Source: Takakia lepidozioides (Eukaryota; Plantae; Bryophyta). From it: a DNA stretch of 64,000 nucleotides. A program made the position numbers and the translations under genes. Below, piece by piece: positions 1 through 11,699 of this stretch. Location of the stretch: contig CM060732.1 in the NCBI GenBank assembly GCA_030704615.1, positions 13,702,001-13,766,000 of the forward strand, read 5' to 3'. Position 1 is the first letter of the stretch. Each line of letters opens with the position of its first letter. The notes under the pieces are model-generated. The model had not been told where the DNA came from and did no database searches. It saw only the letters and a list, made by a program, of their open reading frames with translations.

Positions 1-467
1 ATGGATGGAAATCCGGCGCCGAATTTCCGTCATGCAGGTAATTCGAAGCTCGGCCGGATGGAAATCCGGCTCCGGATTTCCATCAAGCAGGCAACTCGGA
101 GCGCGGCCGGATGGAAATTCGGCGCCGAATTTCCATCCGCCAGGTAAGTCGAAGCGCCGAATTACCATCCTGCAGGTAATTCTGAATGTGGCCGCTTGGT
201 TTTTTGGTCTAAAAAGACACTAAACCTTCAGTTTGGTGGCTGAAGTCCACTTTTAGACACGTTTTTCAGGGAATTCTCGACTGGTAGAGAGAAATTCCTT
301 GCTTCTTTTTAGTTCCTACATGGAAATTCGTTGCCGAAATTCCATCTGGCCGCGATTGCGATTACATGCCGAATGGAAATTCGGCGCCGGTTTTCCTTCT
401 CCTCCGCCTGAGTCGACCTTATCCCGGCGCCCCCTGTTGGATATTCGGTGCCGAATTTCCGTCCGGG
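1..467. repeat. Palindromic-repeat region (GGATGGAAATTCGGCGCCGAATTTCCATCC variants), probably the outer 5' subterminal region of the MULE-like element
   Basis: Several imperfect copies of the palindrome at 5-170 and 319-393. Bases 400-467 are the reverse complement of 36727-36795 in the array upstream of a MULE ORF fragment. Confidence 0.75.
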
Positions 468-1991
468 ATCTCCAATATACTTGTGGCTCTTCGTCCACCA
501 TCCTTAGGAAATTGACCTCGATGTTGCTTCCTTTCCAAGCAAACTTTGCATAGACGCATATCGCTCATCTCCTTCAATGGTAGTCCTTCCACAAGATGGC
601 TTGAGAGTTGCATCTGTCTCAACTTCTTAATGCTCACATGTCCTAACCTTCTATGCAACAACTCTGTTTATGACCTAACAGGTGTAGATCCCAACTGTGG
701 TGAAAATGTGGTAAGAGCACTAGAGCCATGATGTTGTAATCTATACAAGCAATTATCAAGAATAGCTCTTGCTACCACAGCTCCTGAGCTATCTGTGATA
801 GTACAACTCTCATCTTGGAATACCACTCTATATCCCTTTGCAACAATTTGCCTTACAGACAGCAGGTTCTTTGTTAAAGTAGGGACATGTAGGACATTTT
901 CCACCTCTATGGTTTCCCCTTCATTGAGCATAAGTGAGACTGAGCCTTCCCCACCAATGGCATGCTTGTTATCATCTCCCAAAAGAACATATTGTGTAGG
1001 TGAAAGAGATCTATAGGATAAGAAATGCTCTCTCTCTGAACTCATATGTTGAGATGCTCCTGAATCAACATACCACACATGCTTCTGTCTAGTAGTGGCT
1101 GAGAGAGACACAACAAATAGAATAACATTCCTCTGATGAGTAGCTATGTTTCCTTGACTCTCTCTACTGCGCTCATATGCAATGCGCTTTCTACAATCCT
1201 TGATCATGTGACCAAGTTTCTTGCAATAAAAGCACCTTACTTTGGTCTTTTTGATCTTTGAGCTAGATTGAGGTTTTTGAAACCTCTGGGACTTCTGAGA
1301 CACATGTGAAGAGAGTCTTCTATTCAAGAGTACTCCAGTCTTGCTTGTGAACAAAGCTCTGTCTACCTCTGTAGACGTACCTTGACCTTTTCTTCTTGTT
1401 TCCTCCTTGAGGAGAAATTTTATGACAACATCAATAGTTAAGTTGGTTTGTCCTGCTAGAGACACCACAAAACCATCATAGGATTCAGGTAAGGTTGCCA
1501 ATAACACCACTGCGGTGTGTTCATCAGTCACATTAGTTCCCAAAGAGACTAGTTGATCTCGCAACACACAAAACAAATTCAAGTGTTGTTCAACTGAGTC
1601 TGACTCGGTCATCTTCAGACCATAGAACTTTTGCGTCGCATACACTTGCGATGTGACATCCTTCGTCTTATATATGCTTGCTAGCTTGTCCCAAACATCC
1701 TTAGCATTCTTAGCACTTATAACGAGATGCAACTGATTGTCTCTTAAGCTTGTGATGATGCTAGCTCTTGCTTTCTGATCTTTCCTATCCCATATGGCTT
1801 GGTCAACAATAGTGTCAAGTCTTGGGACTGATCCATTAACCACTCCCCATAGATCTTTGTCTAGAAGGACCATCCATCCTAAACTTCCAGGTTTGATAGT
1901 TATCTCCATTGAATCGATCTTCCACTCTCACATCTAATGCACTCGTCATAGACATAGAAAGATGATTGCTAGAAGATGACGCTCCAGCCAT
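468..1991 (-). pseudogene. Ty1/copia gag-protease-pre-integrase (5' half), frameshifted, truncated at 468
   Basis: ORF 668-1909 has UBN2-like gag, zinc knuckle CFYCKKLGHMIKDC and protease WYVDSGASQHM. ORF 419-661 has GAG-pre-integrase LHRRLGH...CKVC. Likely ATG at 1989-1991. Confidence 0.92.
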
Positions 1992-2039
1992 AATCAAGTT
2001 CTCTCGATCTCAACTACCAACTCTCACCTAGAGAAGAAT

Positions 2040-2052
2040 GGCTCTGATACCA
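2040..2052 (-). promoter_or_regulatory. Primer-binding site (tRNA-iMet) of the copia element
   Basis: Minus strand reads TGGTATCAGAGCC immediately after the LTR's terminal CA. Confidence 0.9.
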
Positions 2053-2362
2053 TGTTAGAATTGAGCAAGAACATGAACAAGAACTAAAGTCTTAGACTAA
2101 AGCTAAAACTAAAGCCCTCATCCCAACCATAGAAGCCACCATCATAATCTTACACTTAGACTAGTGGCTTCACCCTCAAGCTTGTACAAGAAGGTCTCTA
2201 GGAAGTCCTACTTGGTCACTTCCACTTCCACTATGGTGACCATCCACCTTCTAGCCATTCACCTTCCAAAGGTGAGTTAAACAAGATAGTCTCTTAGACT
2301 TCTAAACCTTTGGCCTTCAAGACTCTTAGTCTTCTACTAGATATGTTTAATTACTTCCAACA
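2053..2362 (-). mobile_element. Copia 5' LTR (310 bp)
   Basis: TG...CA termini. Reverse complement matches 44952-45261 with roughly 7 substitutions by eye. Outer flank AACAA. Confidence 0.93.
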
Positions 2363-3274
2363 TTGTTCAGACAAGATGTTCAAGAGGCCAAACAAGAAAC
2401 GGCAGGCCCATGATCTTAGAAGAAAACAATGAATGTCCAAGCTTAGGACGTTCGATAGATCTAAGACTTCAACATGATCTGTGAGCATTACATTTCCATG
2501 AGCTACAATTTCATACTAGACAGGTCTTCTCCACAGCCTCATTCGGTTGAGGGGCGAAAACCACGACGAAGGCCTAATAAGAAATATAGCTCCGGATGAG
2601 AGCATGTATATATATAACAATTGTACAAATAACTTGCATCGGGCTTGCACCTCAATGCATGTAAGACAGATTACCACAATCGATCGCAACTCATGAATAT
2701 CTTTCCATAGAAGAAGCTAACGATTTGCGAACACTGGGGCGACAAACAAGAGAAGCAAGCCAACAGTGTGGGAAAGAGCGGTCGGAAATGGCAGCTTAAG
2801 ACCACAGACGTGCTGGAGGAGAAGATAATATGATCTGGACAATGAAGCGACACTGATGATCACGACAAACTATCCCGGATACTGACGGCAAGAAGACTGG
2901 GGTGCAGTAACTATCAATAGAGATTGCGATAGAGGTAGCCTGCATCATGAAAGTTACGAGCTATTCATACCAGACTATATAATCTGCAAGAACCATGAGG
3001 CTGTACACAATATTTCAAACACGTTGTGCACAAAGACCTGGTATGAATAAGGACAACCATACCGCCTCCGAACAGAAAGCTGGGCAAGTTGAGTGCGACG
3101 AGGCCGTCAACAGGTTTGTCCGAAAGCGTGTCCTCCAGGACCAGCAAATACCCGCGCAGCCAGGTACCCAAGGAAGCATATTGAAAACACCCCCAAGAAC
3201 GGCAGTAGTCGGAAATTTGTAACATGACGAGTGCGAAGCTCGTCGCGTGATGGCTCCTCTTAGTTGATGAGATA

Positions 3275-3450
3275 TTCTAGCGACCACCGAAGAAATGGCT
3301 CCTCTTAGGTGATATCGACGATTGAAGGTCGGAGACTAGATTTAGCGTAGAGCAGGAATAGGGTTCCATAGTGCCACGTCATCATCACCACATCATCGTC
3401 GTCAATTGTTTTTGGATCTGCCCGGATTGCCCGTTTTTGAGTTGCAAGAG
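3275..3450 (+). repeat. Dispersed repeat, putative 5' end of a Helitron-like element
   Basis: Starts TTCTAGCGACCACCGAAG and is homologous to the reverse complement of ~55830-56008. Confidence 0.5.
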
Positions 3451-3797
3451 ACAATGTCTAGTGCCAATGTGTAGGAAGTCATTGCACCAATTGATATCAA
3501 CGACGGAGACAACAAGGACCTGGACGATGACTTTTCAAGTGAGTAAGTTCATTTCGTTTATATTTGCTCGTGTGCATATGCTCTCTCCCCTCCCCTTCTG
3601 TTATCTGATTGTTATGCAAATGTTGCATTTTCTGGGGCAGGATTGTAACCGCTCTCCCGTGGCCCGAGACCTCCCTATTTGACTTGTGATGGAGCCCTCC
3701 TCGTACTTACGTCCTTCCCGACTACGCGGAGGGCATTGCTCGTGTACAAGCAGCTGTGCTTTCTCCCCCACCTTTGCGTTGCAGTTCTAGGAATTCA

Positions 3798-6700
3798 CAC
3801 TAGTACAAAAAACGGGTTTCATGACTTTTTTTTTTACTGTTTTCATGACTCTTTTGATCATTTTGACTCATTTTTTACTCTTTTGCAAAGAGTCATGCAG
3901 ATCGTGTCGTTATGATGACTCTAATATCCGCGTCATGAATATGACTCTGGGTGACATCCCCTAGTGAGCAAGATACATGACCTTGTTTTTCGTCACGTCC
4001 GTGACTGTTTTCTAGCAACACACGACTCTCCCCGGACTGCGACGTGTCAATTTCAGATGATGACAGGTGTAGGGTGACGCTATCTCGCATGCATGGCACA
4101 ACGAGCCATGTGTTCACGTTGAGCAATACCACGTGTTGGATCTAGCAACTTTCCGAGAGTCATGGATCTGATTGTGGATGCATTCGTGCCCGGATACGTA
4201 ACACTCTCTGTATGGTTTCAGATAGGAATGGGAAATTGCCCTGGTCATGAGCATGACCACTTTTTAAACTTTAGGTGGTCGTGGATCTGACTCAAGTCTC
4301 ATTGAGTGGCTTCGTGGCACATAGCATATGGTGTGAATTTGAAATGTGAAAGGTATTTGAGTCATGAGCATGACCTCATTGGTTTGAGTTCATGAGCATG
4401 ACTAGACACGTGTCACGCTTTGCATGGCTGTTGGTGCCTAGTTGAATCATGAGCCTCACCATCTCTACTCCACATATAATATTCTAACTGGATGGAATTT
4501 TTAATATTTGCCTTAATAATGCTTTATTTTATTTTTCAAATAACAGAGGACAGTGGTTTAATTTGTATTGTATGTTTACTGAATTTATTATGTTTATAGG
4601 TATAGAAATATAATACCATTTATATATAATTTATAATATGGAGAATATATTGTCCTGAGCCAGTTGGGTAAAAAAGATTTGACAATTGATGGAAAATATG
4701 ATAGGAAGACACCGTGTTTAAAGTCTGTGCACAGTGCCAAAGGATCAACAAAAAACCTTACTGTTTGTAAGAATCTAATCTCTCAACGGTAGCCCAACTA
4801 CCCACTGCACATATATGGATCCAAAAAAATGACAGACCGAGCACCTTCCTCCTCGCTGATTGTCCATAACATGCCTCGTTCTGCCCCAAGACCTTTTGCC
4901 TCATTCCTTACAAGAGATCAAGATCGCATGACTTGCACATGAATGCACACATGTATAAGCAGATCAACAACAAGTGCACATTCCAATAGGAGTGCGCATT
5001 AAAAGAGAGAAATAATCATATTTCTCATTTGTTGAAGCATCCAGAATAGTCATTCATGTGGGCTAGTTCCCATAGACCTGCTTTGGCAAAACTAAGGTTG
5101 ACTCTTGCTATGTTGTATGGCAGATTTCCAGCTTCAGGTTGCTATAGCAATTCCTATAATTAAGCCAAAGTTAAAAAAAACCAAGTACCGACTCAATGGA
5201 AGAGAACTGAGCATACTGCATAGAGTTCAGTTGGAGAGCTATACCAGACTGAATGTTGGTGAAAGAAGCTGGGGGAATTAAATGGGCCTCAAAACTTGTT
5301 TGCAAAACGTCAATAAGAGTGTCATGCCAACCAAACCCCTTTAGAATGTGATACATATAGAAGAGCAAACTGGGATGTGTACCTTAGATAACAACCCCAC
5401 GGCTGGCTGGAGCTCACTTGGAAAGTGATCAGTGATAATTCATATCTTGCAGACCCGTGGAACTGCTCTCAACCAATACAATTATATCTTCGTTGCGCAT
5501 ATTCAAGTGAAGTAAAGTGTACTGGAGCGTACCATGATGTCCTATGAGCCCAATTCTAGGTCTAAATTCTTCAGAGGAACTCTTTGCTGTTCAAGAGCCC
5601 TTCCTATACTCGAATCCCATTCCTGCTACCAGCACAGAGTATCAGAATGCAGGCTGTGCCAATTACATATACACATTTGTAGCTGTCAACAAAGTGCAGC
5701 ATGGTGTCTCTCATTGAGATATAAAATATGGTGGTGTGAACTCCCAATGGGGCCACATGCTCCACGAACATAGCTCAAGGCAGCCAAAATAACTTAAAGA
5801 ATATTACTGGAACCAGAAAATCCACCAAAAGATCATGCCAAATGTTCTTTGCACTTGTGTAAATGTGGTTATTCACGGAATCTTCATAAATTACCAACAG
5901 AGCTGGGCCATTGCTGCTCATTGCACGTCGCATTTGCCTCGGTTGTCCCACCATTGACTGGGGTCAGAAAAGTATTCATTCCACAGCTTCTCCTCATCTC
6001 CTCATTGTGGACTCCCTCCCTTTCAGAAGTTGTGGTCATGCCTGATTTTATCAACTGTGCCGCTGCAGCAGCTGCCTTTAGTTGCCCATCTACCCATGCA
6101 CGTTCCTTGTAGCTATTGATCCACATAGAATCATAGGTAATCTTGTGCTTGAAATCTGGCCCTCTTGGATGAATCTGGACCCACACTCTATCCCTGCTCC
6201 TTCAGCTATCACTGCCTCTACACAAACCTGCATACATACATCCTTGCCAGCTGATGATGACAGCCTATATTTATTCTAGGAAACATCCAACTCAGCTTAT
6301 CCATATGCTGAATTGCGTCTGCTACTCTCTGTGATCTAATAGGCATTCACTTTTTTGCCTCGGTTCGTCCCACCATTGACTGGGGTCAGAATAGTACTCA
6401 TTCCACAGCTTCTCCTCATCTCTGTCACGTGTTTTTCAAACCATGACTCGATGTCGTCATGGTTCAAAAATATCATGGGTACGACCGAAAATGACCAAAA
6501 AGGGTCGTGTATATACCTCTATCCCGGTCAACGTCGTTTCACTGGAATAGAGTCGTGATCATGGCTCACGCACATGACTCTAAACAATAATGTAGATGAC
6601 TCTAAATTTTTAGATTGATGTAGTCAACTCCCTTTAACCAAGATAAGGTCATTTGCATGACTCTTATGAAAATCCATTGATGGATGATTTCATTATATGA

Positions 6701-9700
6701 ATGAAATTTTGATGATTTTCATTCATCAATTAGATGATTTCATTACATGCAAGGATTTGGATGATTTCATCCACCTATTTCATTCACCTGAGGACTTCGA
6801 TACTTGTCAAAGAACGCCCTCACTATCACTCTTCTTCCCACTCCAAGAGCGTACTAGGGTGGCGATCGAGGGGATGCTCTGGTTAAGAAGAAAGGCTGCT
6901 GAGTAGTTAGGGTTTCGGGCTCAGTGTGGTGTCCAGAGAATTTATGTTGGAATGTTGCATGAAGTAGTTCTTGTTTTTAGCTTGCTGCAAATTGTGGAGG
7001 CATAGCAGGCAGGCCAATGGATCCTATGATGACATGCTGCTTACTGAAGCTCACTACTCAGTAAAGGACCTTGTCAAAGTGTTGATGCTGTCGGATTTTC
7101 GAGCACAAACCTCTACCTTGGAGCACGGAGCAGAGCTGGCATGAGTTTTGTAAAGATCCTTCACGATGGTGGGACAACCGCAATCGCAAGGTGTGGGTTT
7201 TTCTTAATGTACGATCTGAAGAAGTTTGTCCATCCTGCAAATGTGGGCTCTTGGCTCCTGTTAGTACCATGATTTGGTATTCTTCCTGATGTTTACAAGA
7301 TTCTTGGGAGAGTCGGCTTGGTCTTAGCAGGCCGTGTTTCATTCTCTGCCCAACCCTCCGTGGGTGAAAGCAGAATTAGCTGCCATGGTACAAGGCTCAA
7401 AAACCGATGATGGCCCGATGTAAAATCAAAAGGACACTGGCAAAACACGGGCAGTGGACAAATCTGGAAATGCCGAAACATGAATGATGCCCATCAAGTT
7501 TTCGTCAAAATGGCTCAACGGAATGTTGTCTCATGGAGTGCAATCAGAGCAGGATGTGGTCAGCATGGGTGTGGAAGGGAAGCCCTCCAACTATTTGAAC
7601 AAATGCAACAGGAAGGTTTTAAGCCGAACGGTATCACCTTCATGTGTGTTCTTTCTGCGTGCAGCCATGTGGGCTCATAGATGAAGGCAGGCACTACTTT
7701 GATTCCATGAGTCGAGATCATGGACTCACTCCCACTTGGGAGCATTTTGGCTGCATGGCGGACCTTCTAGGCTGTGCAGGGCAATTGGATGAGGCAGAGG
7801 ACTTAATAAACAATATGCCAATCGATCCAGATGCTTCAGGGTGGGGCACCTTGCTACAACTAGGCATATATTTTGATAATAGAAAGCAAATTTTGAAGGG
7901 ATTGTTTGCGGGGATGGCGGAGGTACTTGCCAGGCACGCACTTCGAATTGCATAACAGAGAATAGGGAATTTTCTAGATGCCACTTACCTTTGGCAGGCT
8001 CGAAGCGGCGGGAACTGTTTCGTTTCCTGCTTTGTGGTGTAGACATTAGAGCTCGGGGTGTTCATACATTTACGTAGCTATTAGGGCTGAGTGTTTCCTC
8101 TTTAGATTTTTGTGCCTAGCCGACTTGTGACTGTAATGCAATTCAGAATTTTGGGTTCATGGTCAGTCAAATCCTCCATGGGTCATGACACAAGGTCGAG
8201 GACAATGTGGTGAGGCACCCTCTTCTTCGACCTATTTCAGCCTGTTTTGCCGTCTCATCAGACTTGGCCCTGAATTTGCATATTGAATTCTGTAAGTTAG
8301 CTCGTTGGGTGGATCTGTGGTGGTTGGAGCAGGCAGTGTTTCAATCTCTGCTCGCTCAGCTGCACCATGGTGGTTCTCACATACCAATCCGACATTACCT
8401 GACTACAGACACGAGCAGCACACACAAGAGGTCCTCTTGGGTTCTTGGTCAGTCAAATCCTCCATGGGTCATGACACAAGGTTGATGACAATGTGGTGAG
8501 GGCACCTTCTTCTTCGATCTATTTCAGCCTGTTTGCCCTCTCATCAGACTCGGCCTGAAATTGCATATTGAATTCTGTAAGTTAGCTTGTTGGGTGGATC
8601 TGTGGTGGTTTGGAGTGACTTTGACAAGTTGCTGCCGATGTGGCAGCTCTTTTCTGACCCCAGTCACTGGTGACAGCCCTGGAAAAGGGCAAAGATGTGC
8701 ATGGTTGCATCATCAAAGCTGGAATTGTACCAGATGTGATTCTGAACAATACCCTCGTGGACATGTATGCCAAATGTGGGAGCATTGAGGATGCGGAGGG
8801 AGTGGCAACAGGGAGGCTTAGTAAAGTTGGTCAACCTGCAGTTTCTATGGAGAGTTGGGTCATACTTTATTGACCGCTAGTAATACTCCTCCAACTGTAA
8901 TTGACGCGGGCCCTCCCTGTGATTGCCATTGTCTACCGATGAACAAATGACGGGGGAAGGGGTAAAGCCTGACCACATAACCTTTGTGTGCGTTTGCAGT
9001 GCGTGCGCAAGCCTGACAGCCCGGGAAAAGGGCAAAGAGGTCCATGGTTGCATCGTCAAAGCTAGAAATGTACCAGATGTAATTCTAAACAATACCCTTA
9101 TGGACATGTATGCCAAAAGTGGAGGGAGTGTTCAACAATATGGCTGAATCTACCTGTTTTGCCCTCTCATCAGACTTGGCCTTGAGATGCGTATACAATT
9201 CTGTAAGTTAGCTCGTTGGGTGGATCTGTGGTGGTTAGGAGTGACTTTGACAAGTTACTGCTGATGTGGCAGCAGGAAAGTATCCAAAAACAGATAACAT
9301 AGATGAGGAGAAGCTTGTTGGTGGATCTATGGTGGTTTTGGAGTGATTTTGACAAGTTACTGTAGGTTGGGTTGGGGTGTTTGCTGGAAGAACTTTACGC
9401 CATCAGTATGAGCTGCTTCTGAACACTGCCCTGGTGGACATGTATGCCAAATGTAGGAGCATCGAGGATGGCAAGGGAGCGTTCAACACTATGGCTGAAC
9501 GAGATGTGGTGTCGTAATGTTTGTGTGCATTTGCAGTGTGTGTGCAAGCCTGGCACCTTGGAAAAGGGCAAGAGGTGCATGGTTGCATCTCCAAATCTGC
9601 AATTGTACCAGATGTGATTCTGATTTATATTTCACCCTGTTTTTCCCTCTTATCAGAATCGGCCCTAAATTTCAATGTTGAATTCTGCAAGTTAGCTGGT

Positions 9701-9818
9701 TGAGTGAATCATGTTTGGAGTGTCTTTGACATAATACTGCCAATGTGACAACAGGAAAGTATATGAAAACCATGACTCTCCAAAAAAAAGAGTAAAAAAA
9801 CCATGATTTGGCGTAGTG
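3798..9818. mobile_element. Non-autonomous CACTA element carrying PPR gene fragments (Pack-CACTA 1)
   Basis: CACTA at 3798 and TAGTG at 9814-9818, with 3-bp TSD TCA on both sides. Dense CATGAC/GTCATG subterminal repeats at 3800-4460, 6429-6670 and 9763-9810. No transposase ORF recognised. Confidence 0.85.
7480..9625 (+). pseudogene. PLS-class PPR gene fragments (patchwork)
   Basis: Short ORFs with [52 protein letters not shown]. Many stops and frameshifts, interleaved with a repeated non-coding block. Confidence 0.85.
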
Positions 9819-11107
9819 TCACTCAGGCACCTCCGAGCAAAGGTCTTCATAGATGATAGTGCAGCAGTTTTAGGTGGTAGCTGTAGTTCTAGTAGTGCAG
9901 ATAGCACCTCCGCATGTACTTGAAATGCAACATTTATCGTAGATGAGGGGACACATTTTCCATTTTCCATTGCACTATCTTTGTCTTGCCAACTTTCCTT
10001 CTAATGAGTCATGACTACAATGAACATCACATTCCCGAAGGCAAATATTTTCACCAATTACGTTCCACCAATTTCAAAGCAACCCCTACTTTCCTTGGCA
10101 ACATTGCTCTTTATTTAACCTTCTGCATGCCGTAAAAGTGATTCATTGGAGCTGAATATGTAAATAGTTGAGTGGAGAGTCATTCAACAGAGTTCTCTGC
10201 GTCACATTTTCATTCACTTTTACTTCGCCTTCTGGGTCTGTTAGTATCAGCCCGTATGAGAGTGATGTCTACTCAGATAAGTAAAGGGGGACATCCATAC
10301 ATGAGGAAATTGTCAGGTGGATGGTGGGGATCTAGGGGGATCATTCCAGCATAGTTCAACAGGGACATGGAAGTGGAAGAAAATAGAAGGGAGCATAACA
10401 GGGTACATCAGCTGCAGACTTTGAGCTGTAAATTTGTTGCGTATCAGACCACACATGAACATGCAGAAGAGATTGTGAACTGAATTCACGGTTAGTGTCA
10501 TGGTGCTTTGCAGGTTGAATGTTCCATGGATGATGGATGGTCGATGGCTGTTGGATGATGGATGATGGATGGATATTGTTGGATGGATGATGGTTGGATG
10601 GATGTGGATTCTGAATGGATGTTGGATGGATGGATGGTCCATGAATGATGTCGGTGCGTAGTATCATGCATAGGCGCTGGATGGTGAAGGTTGACTATTG
10701 GGGTTGAGGTGGGGTGATAAGGATGATAAGGGTTGGGGTTTGAGTTTGGGGTTTTAGGATTAATGTGGATAAAGACGTGTTTCACTACAACACACCCTAT
10801 GTAATTTCGACGATGTAGTTTGACGCTGGCGTTGACTGTTGTCACTTTCGACTGTTCCAACCATTTTGCAATCAAAATTTATATTAAAATATTCGAGGTG
10901 CTAGACAGCCGGGAAAATTTTGACTGTAGCAGTGAGAGACTTTGACTTACCTAAAATGAGCTGACTGAGACAACCAGTTAAGCAATGGCACGTGTAATCA
11001 CAATATATAAATTATATAGCAATATATATGTGGATAATAAGAAGTAAAAAAAATACCTATTTTTTCACTGACCCAGCACATTAATAGTAAGATAATCATG
11101 TGCTGGT

Positions 11108-11362
11108 TAAGGTTAGTGAAACAAAACAACTGAATTATATGAACGAATGATAAACAAATGCCTTGCTGGCAGCTATTGGATGAATGTATGAAAGGTTAGT
11201 GAAACAAAACAACTGAATTACCTGAACGAGTGATAAACAAATGCCTTGCTGGCAGCTATTGGATAAACGTATGAAATATAATTTTTGTGCACTGGATGAA
11301 CGTATGAATGTACGATAAGGAAAACGCCTTGCTGGCAACTATTGTATGAACGTATGAACGGA
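11108..11362. repeat. Degenerate ~83-bp tandem repeat (2-3 copies)
   Basis: AAGGTTAGTGAAACAAAACAACTGAATTA and GCCTTGCTGGCAGCTATTG recur. Confidence 0.7.
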
Positions 11363-11699
11363 TGATAATGCACTTGGCTCGAGTTTAGGGTTGCTAGGTC
11401 ACAGTGTGCAGCCTGGCTGGGACTGAGTGTTTTTTTTGGGGTCGGCGTGGTTCGAGAGCTCCGCAGGCTTAGGGACTTTGCGTTTGTTTGTCTTTGTGCC
11501 ACCATCTGTGTTTTCTTAAGGTTCGCGAACCAGGATAAGCGGTTTCTAAAAGACTAGTATCTTGTTGTGTGCACATGAGAGAGCGGGTGGGCGGGGGGAG
11601 GAGAGAATAGAGAGAGAGAAGTGTCGCGCAGCGAGTATACTGTTTGTGGGATCGACCTGTATGTTTGCTCGCTATATGGGAGCTTTAGAGCGGAGACAG

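Noticed and set aside
10313-10875. His/Pro/Ile-rich ORFs
   Set aside because: They are translations of GAT/GGAT low-complexity repeats.
11519-11558. Helitron-like 3' end (GGTTCGCGAACC palindrome then CTAGT)
   Set aside because: Single occurrence, long hairpin-to-end distance and no matching 5' end.
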